Shown piece after piece: positions 8,359 through 18,084 of a stretch of DNA of 64,000 bases. The notes under the pieces were generated by a model, which saw nothing but the letters and a program-made list of their open reading frames with translations, ran no database searches and had not been told where the DNA came from. This DNA comes from a virus. Within the stretch, counting starts at the first letter, position 1. Every line of letters begins with the position of its first letter. The stretch spans positions 19,145 through 83,144 of the IMG/VR virus record IMGVR_UViG_3300020185_004577; one strand, 5' to 3'. The translations under genes were made by a program, and so were the position numbers.

Positions 8359-9222
8359 TTATAGATATTTTATGAGCAAATCTTTTGTTGAAGTGTTTTC
8401 TAACAACTTTTTCTCAGCCTTTCTTGCAATTTGCCTAATCCTCTCATTGCTATACCCTAGTTTTCTAGCAATTTCCTCTTTAGAATGCGCTTGACAATCT
8501 ATGCCATAAGTGTACCTAATGACTAAAGTTTCATTGTTCGTAAGTATTTCAAATGCTCTGTACATATCTTGTTTTAAAGAATCGTCTAACAATGAAGAGT
8601 CTGGCTTGCCCAAGCTATCATCTTCTATTAAATTCACTAAAGTTGAAGAGTTTTCATCAGAACCTACTTTTGCATCTAAAGATGAATGAAAAGAACTAGC
8701 TTGCTGTAGAAGCTTACCAGATTCAGCGTCTATATCCATATATTCACAAACTTCGAATTCTGTTGGCTCTCTTTCTAAAACTTGCTGCAAGTGCTGTACG
8801 GCTCTTATATATTTCCCAGCTTCTAAATTTTTATTAGAAGGAACTTTTATCATTCTCTTCTTTTCAGATATGGCTTGTATTATAGTTTGTCTAATCCACC
8901 AAACCGCAAAAGATATAAATTTAAAACCTCTAGTTCCATCGAATCTTTCGGCAGCCTTTATGAGTCCCAAATTACCTTCATTTATCAAATCGGCTAATGG
9001 CAATCCTGTATTTTGGTATTTTTTAGCAACACTAATTACGAATTTTAAATTTGATTGAACCAATTCTTTTAAAGCCTCTTCGTCACCTTCTTGAATCAAT
9101 TTAGAAAGCTCAAATTCTCTTTCCGGGGTTATGGAATCAAATTTATTTACATCCGTAAAGTATTGTTCTATTGATTTTTCAGTTCTGTTTGTAAGGCTTT
9201 GTTGAATTTTTAATTGTCTCAT
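8359..9222 (-). CDS. RNA polymerase sigma factor, Bacteroidota RpoD-like (paralogue 2)
   Basis: Starts MRQLKIQ. NLKFVISVAKKY, EGNLGLIKAAERFD and FAVWWIRQTI are present; region 4 is diverged (SKEEIARKLGYSNERIRQI). Confidence 0.94.
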   Translation of the reverse strand: MRQLKIQQSLTNRTEKSIEQYFTDVNKFDSITPEREFELSKLIQEGDEEALKELVQSNLKFVISVAKKYQNTGLPLADLINEGNLGLIKAAERFDGTRGFKFISFAVWWIRQTIIQAISEKKRMIKVPSNKNLEAGKYIRAVQHLQQVLEREPTEFEVCEYMDIDAESGKLLQQASSFHSSLDAKVGSDENSSTLVNLIEDDSLGKPDSSLLDDSLKQDMYRAFEILTNNETLVIRYTYGIDCQAHSKEEIARKLGYSNERIRQIARKAEKKLLENTSTKDLLIKYL

Positions 9223-9250
9223 TTTCGTTTTTTTTTAAAGATTTATAACT

Positions 9251-9279
9251 TAAACGTAAAATGATAAAAAAAATTACAA
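9251..9279 (-). promoter_or_regulatory. Putative class 2 promoter upstream of sigma paralogue 2
   Basis: TTGTAAT...; TTG-N18-TACGTTTA. Confidence 0.5.
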
Positions 9280-10071
9280 TTATTTTGTTTTTTTTATTTT
9301 ATTTATTCTATCTCTTATTTTTGCACAAAGCTCTAGATTATCTTTTTCTATAGCCCCTTCCATTACTTGTTGTAAAAATTTGAGGTCGTATATGTCGTCA
9401 ATTTTGTTCTCTATTACACTTTCCAAGTTCATATAATTACCCTCTTCTCCATAAATGTCTTCAAACTTTAGGCTGGAATACATTTGTTGAATAGGCATTT
9501 CCATAAAAGACAAGCTGCTTACTATACTGTCTATAATTTTATCCCTATCTTCATTTGGTATATTTAATATATTAGAAAAATTGAACATATTACTATTGTC
9601 AAAGTTTAGTTCCTTATTTTCATAATCAGAACACATTTTTTTGAAATTAATAGGAAGGTCGTCAAAATCAAACTTACAAGACACGCTATTAAGAGTGTTG
9701 TATATACTTATGTTTTTTTTAACACTCTTTGATGTTGCAACAATATAACACCCTGTAATATCATATAATAATCCTAAATTTTTAAAAAATGAAGGTTGAG
9801 AATTCTTTTTTCTAATGTGACTCATGAAAGATTCACTATTTTCTTTAGTTCCAAACAATAAATTCATACTATTGGACTCATAATCTATACCCAACTTTTT
9901 GGACACATCTTTACAGTCTATAACAAGAAAATATTTTAAATTTTTAATACCTAACTTTGCTAAATTACCATCTGGGTTCTTTTTTATAAGCTTTTCTATC
10001 TTTTGCTTTATCATAGAAAATCTATTTAATACTTTAGCCTTTTCATAAGCTATTGGCTCAACTAATCTCAT
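9280..10071 (-). CDS. Hypothetical protein with C-terminal UVR (UvrB/UvrC) motif
   Basis: LQQVMEGAIEKDNLELCAKIRDRI; late box at 10084-10091. Confidence 0.7.
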   Translation of the reverse strand: MRLVEPIAYEKAKVLNRFSMIKQKIEKLIKKNPDGNLAKLGIKNLKYFLVIDCKDVSKKLGIDYESNSMNLLFGTKENSESFMSHIRKKNSQPSFFKNLGLLYDITGCYIVATSKSVKKNISIYNTLNSVSCKFDFDDLPINFKKMCSDYENKELNFDNSNMFNFSNILNIPNEDRDKIIDSIVSSLSFMEMPIQQMYSSLKFEDIYGEEGNYMNLESVIENKIDDIYDLKFLQQVMEGAIEKDNLELCAKIRDRINKIKKTK

Positions 10072-10109
10072 AAATTATTTGCTTATAAATAATATAATGT
10101 TTTTAAAAA

Positions 10110-10493
10110 TTAACTATTCCAATCCAAGTTAGAAAAAAACTCTTTTAGCTGCATAAATGATTCTTTATTTATGTTTACAGACTTTTCTATTATTTGCTTA
10201 CTTTTTTCGTCAATTTCAGCAAAATTCATAGTAAGCCTTCTATTTTCCTTGCCTTTTTCACGAGATATTATTAAATCAACCTCCAATACACTCATGGGCT
10301 GCCCAGAATCATCTGTGCTAGCAACTATTTCAATATATGTTTTTTCATTCGGAGATGAATTTTTATTGTAAACAACTTCTTCATTTACTTCATTTACAAT
10401 GTTGCTTGAGGTCTCTAAAGATTCTCCATAAGATGAGCCAGAAACTCGCTCTGTAGTCAATACGCTACCACTTTCTTCAACTATATCATTCAT
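10110..10493 (-). CDS. Hypothetical protein (127 aa)
   Basis: Co-oriented ORF; promoter-like TTG-N19-TATATTGA upstream. Confidence 0.7.
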   Translation of the reverse strand: MNDIVEESGSVLTTERVSGSSYGESLETSSNIVNEVNEEVVYNKNSSPNEKTYIEIVASTDDSGQPMSVLEVDLIISREKGKENRRLTMNFAEIDEKSKQIIEKSVNINKESFMQLKEFFSNLDWNS

Positions 10494-10551
10494 AATATTA
10501 ATATTTCAATCAATATAATTTATAAAAGACAAAAGTCAATATTACTACAAC

Positions 10552-10584
10552 AAAAAAGCTCTTCAATTAGTTAAAGAGCTTTTT
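10552..10584 (-). terminator. Intrinsic terminator
   Basis: AAAAAGCTCTT/AAGAGCTTTTT inverted repeat. Confidence 0.65.
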
Positions 10585-10619
10585 AAAATATTGTATTTAA
10601 GTATTAAATAGTAAAATTT

Positions 10620-11147
10620 CTACTTTTTCTCAACCCAAACAACTTTACCTTCAGACATTACTGGGTTGTGTACTGCACCCTTGAAAGGCTTACCTCCTGT
10701 AAGTTCTGAATATTTAGCTTGCAATTGAGATTCATCACTTTGCATCTTTTTCTTTAATCCTTGAATTTGACTTGCAATATTAGCGATTTCTTTTTGTGCT
10801 TTTTCATATTTTGCTTTATCAGAAGCGTCTGTATATGCTTTTTTAACATCTCCTGCAGCTTTGTTTACTGCATCTTTCGCTTGGCCTGCAGCATCTTTTG
10901 CAGCATCAGCAACTTTTCCAGCGGTCTCTTTAGCTTTTCCACCTATCATTTTACCAACACCCTTAAGTCCAGCACCAATACTTCCAAACAACTCTTGAAG
11001 CTCTTCTTCAGAAATATCTTCTCCTTCATTTATTCTAGATATGGCTTCTGTTAGTTTTGCCTTTTTTTCTTTAAGAGATTGAGCCTTAATGTACTTTGAA
11101 GCCTCTTCACTTATAATAGCCTTCAATTCTTTTCTTGTTATTTTCAT
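10620..11147 (-). CDS. Putative late/internal virion protein with Ala/Lys-rich amphipathic repeats
   Basis: Start moved to the ATG at 11147 (MKITRKELKAIISEE) because the track's start crosses a terminator and the late box at 11176-11183. Confidence 0.7.
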   Translation of the reverse strand: MKITRKELKAIISEEASKYIKAQSLKEKKAKLTEAISRINEGEDISEEELQELFGSIGAGLKGVGKMIGGKAKETAGKVADAAKDAAGQAKDAVNKAAGDVKKAYTDASDKAKYEKAQKEIANIASQIQGLKKKMQSDESQLQAKYSELTGGKPFKGAVHNPVMSEGKVVWVEKK

Positions 11148-11190
11148 TATTTTGTGTTTATCTATATAAAATAAATATAAATAAAAAAAT

Positions 11191-11214
11191 AAAAAGGGGC
11201 AAAAAACCCCTTTT
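11191..11214 (-). terminator. Intrinsic terminator after hsp20
   Basis: AAAAGGGG/CCCCTTTT stem. Confidence 0.65.
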
Positions 11215-11240
11215 AACACACAAATCAATTGAACAATTAA

Positions 11241-11675
11241 TTACTTAATCTCAACAGTTCTTTTTTTGTTTTTAGCAGAATTACTCTTAGGTACATTAAT
11301 GTACAAAATACCATTATCATACTTAGATGTTATCTTGTCTAAATTTGAATCCTTGGGAAGTTTAAACATTTTATCAAAAGAACTTTTTCCAAACTCTCTT
11401 AAAGAATAATTTTTTGAATCTTCACTTTCTTCATCGGTAATTTCGTATTTAACTTTTAAAATAAAGTCTTCTAATGATATATTAATTAATTTTTTGTCTA
11501 TACCAGGTATACACATTTGAATCTCTTGGAAAGATTCTTGATTCAACACATTTGACTTTACGTTATTATTTGTGAATTTAACATCTCTAAACAACTCTTC
11601 AAAAGGTGTGAAACTTTTTAGCTGAGAGTCTATGACAGACTCAATTGGCGACAGCCTTCTTTTAATTGTAAACAT
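11241..11675 (-). CDS. Small heat-shock protein Hsp20/alpha-crystallin
   Basis: IPGIDK, REF..SSFDKMFKLP and ITSKYDNGILYINVPK motifs. Confidence 0.92.
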   Translation of the reverse strand: MFTIKRRLSPIESVIDSQLKSFTPFEELFRDVKFTNNNVKSNVLNQESFQEIQMCIPGIDKKLINISLEDFILKVKYEITDEESEDSKNYSLREFGKSSFDKMFKLPKDSNLDKITSKYDNGILYINVPKSNSAKNKKRTVEIK

Positions 11676-11723
11676 ATTTTTTATTTTTTAATTTACAATT
11701 AACACTTCAAAGTTTATACCAAC

Positions 11724-11764
11724 AAAAAAAACGTCAATTTTATAGACAAATTGACGTTTTTTTT
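11724..11764. terminator. Perfect inverted repeat, probably a terminator
   Basis: AAAAAAAACGTCAATTT-N7-AAATTGACGTTTTTTTT. Confidence 0.65.
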
Positions 11765-11792
11765 AAAAATATATGACAAAAAATCCGATTTT

Positions 11793-12059
11793 TTATCTCT
11801 TTTGATATTTTTTAATATTTTCTGGCCATACTATTATTTTGTTATCAGCAGACACATATCTATAGTCTAATATATTTAAAAAATAACGCTCTCCTTCATT
11901 ATTAGCTACCATAAACCTACAATCACCTTTGAACCCAGTCATTAACTTAGTTGTTGCTTCACAAAATGCTTCTTGAGTTGTGTACTCTAAGTCTATCGTT
12001 CTTACGTTATTGTTTTTTTTGTTTTTCGTTTTATTGGTAAAGTGTCCTAAAAATTCCAT
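11793..12059 (-). CDS. Hypothetical protein (88 aa)
   Basis: Has its own promoter (TTG-N20-TATTTTTG, 12099-12129) and a downstream hairpin. Confidence 0.65.
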   Translation of the reverse strand: MEFLGHFTNKTKNKKNNNVRTIDLEYTTQEAFCEATTKLMTGFKGDCRFMVANNEGERYFLNILDYRYVSADNKIIVWPENIKKYQKR

Positions 12060-12158
12060 ATTAAGTTTTGTTTTTTTCTTTCTTTTAATTTATACAACCA
12101 AAAATATGTAATTACATTAACGAAAGCAAGTTTTATTGAAAAAATAATTTATTTTTTT

Positions 12159-12623
12159 TCAATCAAATATTTTGTAGTAAAACTTAGGTAATAATATTTC
12201 TGAATCTGAATAATTTAATTTGTATTCGTACTTAATGAGTGCAACATCGAAGTCCATACGTTTAACTATAGCTCCAGTAGGGTCTAATAAATCAATTTTA
12301 CAAATATGAACATCTTTATATTCATCAATCCAATCATTTGATGTGATTGCTAACATTGATTCTATGGAGATAATATTACCTTGTTCAGGAGTATAATAAA
12401 AATGTAAAGATTTAATTCTGTCTGGGCTGATTGTTTTATCAGAATATTCATTTTGTAAAAAAACAACAAATCTATTTGCTTTATATGGTTCAAAAGAATT
12501 AAAAAGAGTTCCTTGAGTTAAACGATAAGATTCTGGGTTGTTTATATTATAGTATGCATAACCCGTATAAGGAGAAGATTCTTTTCTTTCAAGAATTAAC
12601 TTTCTTTTTCTCCTTTTATACAT
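12159..12623 (-). CDS. Degenerate tail-tube (gp19-like) paralogue
   Basis: FEPYKANRFVV, IDLLDPTGAIVKRMDF and LNYSDSEI resemble myovirus tail-tube motifs (recalled pattern). Confidence 0.55.
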   Translation of the reverse strand: MYKRRKRKLILERKESSPYTGYAYYNINNPESYRLTQGTLFNSFEPYKANRFVVFLQNEYSDKTISPDRIKSLHFYYTPEQGNIISIESMLAITSNDWIDEYKDVHICKIDLLDPTGAIVKRMDFDVALIKYEYKLNYSDSEILLPKFYYKIFD

Positions 12624-12625
12624 AA

Positions 12626-13270
12626 TTAAATTCTATTCTTATATTTTAATATTTTTTGCATTTTTACAGGAGTAAGAACAAGTCCATTTTTTAGTGTTAA
12701 AGAAAATTGCTTAGCAATAGCCCTTTCTATCAAATCAAAGCTTAATCTAGTATCTCCAACCAAAAACCCTCTGTCAGTAAATTTGACAATAAATGGGAAG
12801 TTTGTTTTAGTGTCAAACCTAACTATCAAATCTTTTTTTGGTACTTTTGGCATTTCCTTAGCTGGATTAGCAACTTTTTTGCTTACAACATTGAGCTCTT
12901 TTTCTTGTTCTGTCAAAGATTCGGCTGCAGATTTCTCTGCTGTTATTTTTTGATTTTCTAAATCTGTAACTCTTTGTTTGGCAGAAGATTCTAATTCTCT
13001 AGTTAAATCCAATTGGTCTTGAGTTATCTTTACCTGCGCATCAGCCATTTTTTTATAATCGGCCCCACTAGCAGAAGTTTGAACTTGTTTGTCCATTTTT
13101 AATTTTTCTGTTAGATTTTTTATGCTTTCCGTAGTTTTTTCTAAAGTATCTTTAGCCAATTCTATTGCATCTTCTAAAGTTGCAACATTGTCAACTTTTG
13201 CATCATCTTCAGACAAATACAAAGAAGCTTCTTTTAATATAAATGAATCTATATCTCTTTTGGTAAACAT
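12626..13270 (-). CDS. Hypothetical late protein, coiled-coil
   Basis: Late box at 13287-13294; N-term KRDIDSFILKEASLYLSE. Confidence 0.7.
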   Translation of the reverse strand: MFTKRDIDSFILKEASLYLSEDDAKVDNVATLEDAIELAKDTLEKTTESIKNLTEKLKMDKQVQTSASGADYKKMADAQVKITQDQLDLTRELESSAKQRVTDLENQKITAEKSAAESLTEQEKELNVVSKKVANPAKEMPKVPKKDLIVRFDTKTNFPFIVKFTDRGFLVGDTRLSFDLIERAIAKQFSLTLKNGLVLTPVKMQKILKYKNRI

Positions 13271-13306
13271 GTTGTTTTGTTTTTAATATAAATAGTTTAT
13301 AAAAGT

Positions 13307-13335
13307 AAAAAAGAGCACTTAAAAGTACTCTCTTT
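13307..13335 (-). terminator. Intrinsic terminator (imperfect)
   Basis: AAGAGCACTT/AAGTACTCTCTT imperfect stem flanked by an A-run. Confidence 0.45.
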
Positions 13336-13346
13336 CATTTATTATA

Positions 13347-13532
13347 CTATTGTGCACCCATTAAATTATCATAATGTTCTTGCCAAATCTTTTCTTCTTT
13401 TCTCTTCAAATCTTCTAAGGCCTTTCTTTTTTGTTCCAAATGCTTTTGAGCCACTTTTTTTCTAGCCGCTTTTTTTTTGCCTTTTTTTACAGATAGTCTA
13501 TTTTTTGTTGCTTTATTTTTAACTTTTTTCAT
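13347..13532 (-). CDS. Small, highly basic protein (61 aa)
   Basis: Lys/Arg-rich; flanked by a promoter-like element and a hairpin. Confidence 0.6.
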   Translation of the reverse strand: MKKVKNKATKNRLSVKKGKKKAARKKVAQKHLEQKRKALEDLKRKEEKIWQEHYDNLMGAQ

Positions 13533-13582
13533 ATTGCTAAATTTTTTAATAAAATTAAATAATTTTTATACAAAGTCAACAA

Positions 13583-15304
13583 TTAAGACATTCTATTATT
13601 GATTTCATCTCTAACTTTAGCAGCTTTTTCATAATCTTCTACTTCCAAAGAAGAGGCTAAAGCATCATTAAGTTCATCAATATTCATATCTGATATGTTT
13701 TTATCAATTTGTGTCTCTTGAACTTCTGGGCTTTCTTCTACTTCAATTCTATCATCACCATCTTCGATAGCCCTTAATATATCATCTGTATTATCAGAAC
13801 CTGCATCAACTATATCTTCTGGGCTAGGTGTTTGACCATTATTTTCTTCTTGATATTCTTCAATATCTTCTTCTATCTCGTCTAACAACTCCTCAAGAGC
13901 AGAAATTCCTGCCTGGCCATCATGTAGTACTTTATCCATTAAATCCAAAAATTCGTCTGGCTCTAGCATGCCAAGCTCATATAACAAGGTGGAAACTATA
14001 GTGTAATCATTTTCTCTATCTTGAACTATATAATCGATTGCATCATGTAAGTATTTCCAAATTCTAGGGCCTAATAATTTCATCCAGTGCTCTTCTTGGT
14101 ATGAATCTGCCCTACCCAATACTGCTTTTTGCATTTTTGGGGTCATATTTTCTAAACTGTATGCAAATAAGTATTCCACCACAGATTTTGCTACTTCATG
14201 AAGTAATATGGGAAACAGATGAGCAGAGGCCTTAGCTCCAGTTACTGGTCTAGTTTGCACCTCATCTTCGCCCTCTTCACCATCTTCGTCTTGAGAGTCT
14301 TCTTCATCTCCAAATTTTAATTCTGATTTACCCATATTAGTTCTCATGCCAGTGGCTTTTGGGTCAAAACTCCAAGTCATCAACTCAACAGTTGGCATAA
14401 TTTCCATATACAAAGCAAATAACTCGGGGTCAATCGCTTCCACTTCAGCTCTTAAGTCAGATATAGTTTTGTGACTTCTATATCCTGCACCCATCGCTAA
14501 TGCGTTTTGCATAAATCTTTTGTCTAAATTCTTTTTTAATTGCTCTTGTTCTTCTGGTGTAAAATCATCTTCTATAGTTTGTTCTAACTGTTGTTGCAAA
14601 TCTTGACCAGAATCATCTTCCATATCCATGTCTGGTCCATTTTCTAAAGGCTTTAAATCGGCTTCTATTTTTTGCATGATTCTATCTTCTACACCAAAAG
14701 TACGCTTCACTACATCTAAAGCAAGTCTTTCAAGCGCTTCTTTATGTCTAGCCTCTAACATGCTAGCCATCATTGTTTTTTGCATAGCATTCATAGGAGC
14801 TATAAGCCCTGCTTCTTGTGCATTTCTTAACACCTCATTAAACTCTTCTGTTCCTAATTTTGATAAAGTCTTGAAATCTGGTTCTCCTTTTTGGAATATT
14901 TCTATATGTTTAAAAGGAGTATCTTCTGCACCCTCCTCTCCAGATAAGCCAGATTTAATTCTTGGGTGTATAAACCTTTCTCCTGAAGCCTCATCTTCTG
15001 GTCTCAATGGAGCTTCATTTATCATCCTTCTATACTTATTATACTCCTCTATTTTTTTATATTTTCTTTCTAATGTATAAACGCTTTCCATCTGAACACT
15101 TTCTGCTTTAGGCTTAGGTTTTTCCGATGGATTTGGGTCTCTATCTGGTATGCCTCTTCTTTTTTTCTTTTTCCCAGTGTCTGTATCTGTATCTGTATCT
15201 GTATCAGTATCGGGATTGGCTATTTCATTTTCTTCCATCTTTTTTTCCATAAGACGCTTAGCAATAGCTTCTTTTAAAAGTTTTTTTAAATCTTTCTTAT
15301 TCAT
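13583..15304 (-). CDS. Acidic late protein with (DT)n tract, HExxK helix and C-terminal UVR motif
   Basis: [14 protein letters not shown]; [13 protein letters not shown]; [21 protein letters not shown]; late box at 15335-15342. Confidence 0.75.
   Translation of the reverse strand: MNKKDLKKLLKEAIAKRLMEKKMEENEIANPDTDTDTDTDTDTGKKKKRRGIPDRDPNPSEKPKPKAESVQMESVYTLERKYKKIEEYNKYRRMINEAPLRPEDEASGERFIHPRIKSGLSGEEGAEDTPFKHIEIFQKGEPDFKTLSKLGTEEFNEVLRNAQEAGLIAPMNAMQKTMMASMLEARHKEALERLALDVVKRTFGVEDRIMQKIEADLKPLENGPDMDMEDDSGQDLQQQLEQTIEDDFTPEEQEQLKKNLDKRFMQNALAMGAGYRSHKTISDLRAEVEAIDPELFALYMEIMPTVELMTWSFDPKATGMRTNMGKSELKFGDEEDSQDEDGEEGEDEVQTRPVTGAKASAHLFPILLHEVAKSVVEYLFAYSLENMTPKMQKAVLGRADSYQEEHWMKLLGPRIWKYLHDAIDYIVQDRENDYTIVSTLLYELGMLEPDEFLDLMDKVLHDGQAGISALEELLDEIEEDIEEYQEENNGQTPSPEDIVDAGSDNTDDILRAIEDGDDRIEVEESPEVQETQIDKNISDMNIDELNDALASSLEVEDYEKAAKVRDEINNRMS
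15176..15211. repeat. 6-bp coding microsatellite (Asp-Thr)n
   Basis: Tandem TGTATC-type hexamers encoding [12 protein letters not shown]. Confidence 0.8.
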
Positions 15305-15355
15305 TTTTATTTATTTAATATAAAATATTACTACTATAAATATGATTCAAAAAAG

Positions 15356-15385
15356 AAAAAGCCCTCTGTTTAAAAGAAGGCTTTT
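15356..15385 (-). terminator. Intrinsic terminator after nrdA
   Basis: AAAAGCC...GGCTTTT stem. Confidence 0.6.
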
Positions 15386-15409
15386 ACTTTATTATTTAAC
15401 TTTTATACA

Positions 15410-18067
15410 CTAACTTCCGCAAGCTTCACAATTGTCTGGATTATCTAGACTACAAGCCATTTGAGACATGGCATCCACCTCTTCTTCTGACATATCTGTG
15501 GGAGATGTGGGAGAAACAACTTCAGGTACAGATGTAGAAGATATAAATCTACCATCACTATCTATTTTTTCAACAACTTTTGTTTCTGGAATGCTGTCAA
15601 TCAGAACTTCTGAGTTTATTTCTATATTTTTAATTTCAGAGTCATCTTTTTTCTTTATTGAGTTAACGTCTGTACCTAAAGATTTTCTGGCTTCTGATTT
15701 TGCATTACTTCTAAGATAATACATACCAGTCTTTAGGCCTTTAGACCATCCATAAAATAGAGCTTTATTTACCTTTGCAACATTTGCGTCTCTTAAAAAT
15801 AGGTTCATAGATTGTGACTGGTCTATAAATGCAGCTCTATCAGCAGACATGTCTATAAGATTGCTGGCTTTCATTTCCCAAACAGTTTTATAAGTCATTT
15901 TTATTTCTTCTGGTATTTCTGCTATAGTTTGAATAGAACCATTATTTTGAATCATCTTTATTCTAATATCATCATTCCACAAGTCTATATTTATCAAATC
16001 TTCAACCAAGTGTCTGTTTACCAAAACAAACTCTCCTGACAACACATTTCTTTTATATAAATTATTTGTAAAAGGCTCAAAACACTCATTATTCCCCAAT
16101 ATTTGTGCAGTAGATGCTGTAGGCATAGGTGCTACCAGTAAAGAATTTCTAACACCATGTTTAATTACAGACTTTTTAAGTTTTGACCAATTCCAAAGGC
16201 CAGACAATTCTTCTTCTTTAATTCCCCACATATCATACTGAAATATGCCTTTAGAAACTGGAGAACCTTTAAAAGAAGAGTATGCTCCTGATGTTTCTGG
16301 AGCGTCTGCATTAATGGCGACCTCTTCTTTGTATAAAGATTTTGAAATATCGTTAGAAGCAGTCATGGCAGCAAAGTATATTGTTTCAAAAATATCTTTG
16401 TTTAATTGTTTGGCTGAATTTGACTCAAAAGGAATTCCTAAAAGAGCAAATGTATCAGCTAAGCCTTGAACGCCCAAACCTATAGGCCTATGTCTCATGT
16501 TGGACTTTTTAGTTTCTTTAGTTGGATACCAATTTGCATCTATAACTCTATTTAAATTCAAGGTTGCTTGATATGTAACATCATAAAGCTTCTTGAAATC
16601 ATAAGTTCTAAGACTCTTATCTTTGGACTTAACCTTTCCAGTTGGAATGTCTACCATTTTAGGAAGAGCTATTGAGGCCAAATTGCAAACTGCAGTTTCA
16701 TCTGGAGTACTTACCTCCATGATTTCTGTGCACAAATTAGAAGATTTAATTACTCCTATATTTTTTTGATTACTTTTGTTGTTGGCAGAATCTTTAAAAA
16801 GAACATAAGGTGTTCCAGTTTCTATTTGAGCTTCAAGTATTTTACCCCACAACTCTCTAGCTTTCATCACTTTTTTACCTCTACCTTCTGATTCATATTT
16901 TTCATAAAGTTTGGTAAATTCTAAATTTACTTCTGATTCATTTAATAGTTCACCATCTTCATTGTATTTAGGGTATACATCATATACATCTGAAAGACCT
17001 GGGCATTCGTTGGGGCACATTAAAGTCCAATTAGCATCATCTTTAACTCTTTGCATAAACAAATCAGGAGTCCACAATGCTAAAAACAAATCTCTAGCTC
17101 TTTCCTCTTCTTTTCCGTGGTTTTTTCTTAAATCAATAAAACTTTCTACGTCAAAATGCCAAGGCTCTAGATATATGGCAAACGAACCCTTTCTCTTGCC
17201 CCCTTGATTTATCCATCTAGCTACTTCATTGTAGGTTTTAAGCATAGGGAGTAGACCGTCTGAATTGCCTCCAGTGCCCTTTATATAAGAGCCTTTAGAC
17301 CTTACACCATGAACATGAAGACCTACTCCACCAGACCATTTAGATATTTTTGCCACATCCTTTAAAGTGTCGAACAAAGAATCTATATCATCCCCCTTGT
17401 TAGCAACTAAAAAACATGAAGACAATTGCGGCTTAGGAGTTCCAGAATTAAATAAAGTCGGAGTTGCATGAGTAAATTGTCCTGTAGATAGTAATTCATA
17501 AGTTTTTTGAACCTCCTTTAAGTTCTCACCCCATATGCCCAAAGAAACTCTCATGTACATATGTTGTGGTGTCTCAACAACCATTCCATTAATTTTTAAC
17601 AAATAAGACCTTTCCAGTGTTTTGAATCCAAAATATTCAAAATCCAAATCTCTATCATGAATAATCATGGATTCTATTTTCTTAGCATTTGACTTTACAA
17701 CGTTTAATAACTCTTCGGAAACCAAAGGGGCATGCTCTTTTGTTTTTGGGTCTATATTGTTATACAAGTCTTCTATGGTATCTTTAAAAGATTTTTTTGT
17801 CTCTTTTTTAACAGAAGTTAAAGCTATTCTGGCTGCAAGTATTGAGTAGTCAGGATGTATTCTAGTTAAAGATGCAGCAGTTTCTGCCGCTAAAGTATCT
17901 AATTCTCTAGTGGTAACACCATCATATACCCCTGCAATAACCTTTTTTGCAATTTCCATATAATCAACAAAATCTTGGTCTAATCCATACGTTTGTTTTT
18001 TTATTCTTGCTGATATTTTGTCAAATTTTACTGACTCTTCAGAGCCGTCTCTTTTTATTACTTTCAT
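15410..18067 (-). CDS. nrdA: Ribonucleotide reductase class Ia alpha subunit with ATP cone
   Basis: VIKRDG ATP cone, ATPTLFNSG, LSSCF, SNLCTEI, VCNLAS, PMPTAST, TGMYY and C-terminal CSLDNPDNCEACGS. Confidence 0.97.
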   Translation of the reverse strand: MKVIKRDGSEESVKFDKISARIKKQTYGLDQDFVDYMEIAKKVIAGVYDGVTTRELDTLAAETAASLTRIHPDYSILAARIALTSVKKETKKSFKDTIEDLYNNIDPKTKEHAPLVSEELLNVVKSNAKKIESMIIHDRDLDFEYFGFKTLERSYLLKINGMVVETPQHMYMRVSLGIWGENLKEVQKTYELLSTGQFTHATPTLFNSGTPKPQLSSCFLVANKGDDIDSLFDTLKDVAKISKWSGGVGLHVHGVRSKGSYIKGTGGNSDGLLPMLKTYNEVARWINQGGKRKGSFAIYLEPWHFDVESFIDLRKNHGKEEERARDLFLALWTPDLFMQRVKDDANWTLMCPNECPGLSDVYDVYPKYNEDGELLNESEVNLEFTKLYEKYESEGRGKKVMKARELWGKILEAQIETGTPYVLFKDSANNKSNQKNIGVIKSSNLCTEIMEVSTPDETAVCNLASIALPKMVDIPTGKVKSKDKSLRTYDFKKLYDVTYQATLNLNRVIDANWYPTKETKKSNMRHRPIGLGVQGLADTFALLGIPFESNSAKQLNKDIFETIYFAAMTASNDISKSLYKEEVAINADAPETSGAYSSFKGSPVSKGIFQYDMWGIKEEELSGLWNWSKLKKSVIKHGVRNSLLVAPMPTASTAQILGNNECFEPFTNNLYKRNVLSGEFVLVNRHLVEDLINIDLWNDDIRIKMIQNNGSIQTIAEIPEEIKMTYKTVWEMKASNLIDMSADRAAFIDQSQSMNLFLRDANVAKVNKALFYGWSKGLKTGMYYLRSNAKSEARKSLGTDVNSIKKKDDSEIKNIEINSEVLIDSIPETKVVEKIDSDGRFISSTSVPEVVSPTSPTDMSEEEVDAMSQMACSLDNPDNCEACGS

Positions 18068-18084
18068 CTCTTATTTTTTTAAAA

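Noticed and set aside
11148-11228. N-terminal extension of ORF 10620-11228
   Set aside because: It spans a terminator hairpin and the late box; the ATG at 11147 is the better start.
11700-11790. Possible heat-shock operator (GACA/GTCA words) upstream of hsp20
   Set aside because: It cannot be separated from the terminator-like inverted repeat, and there is only one instance.
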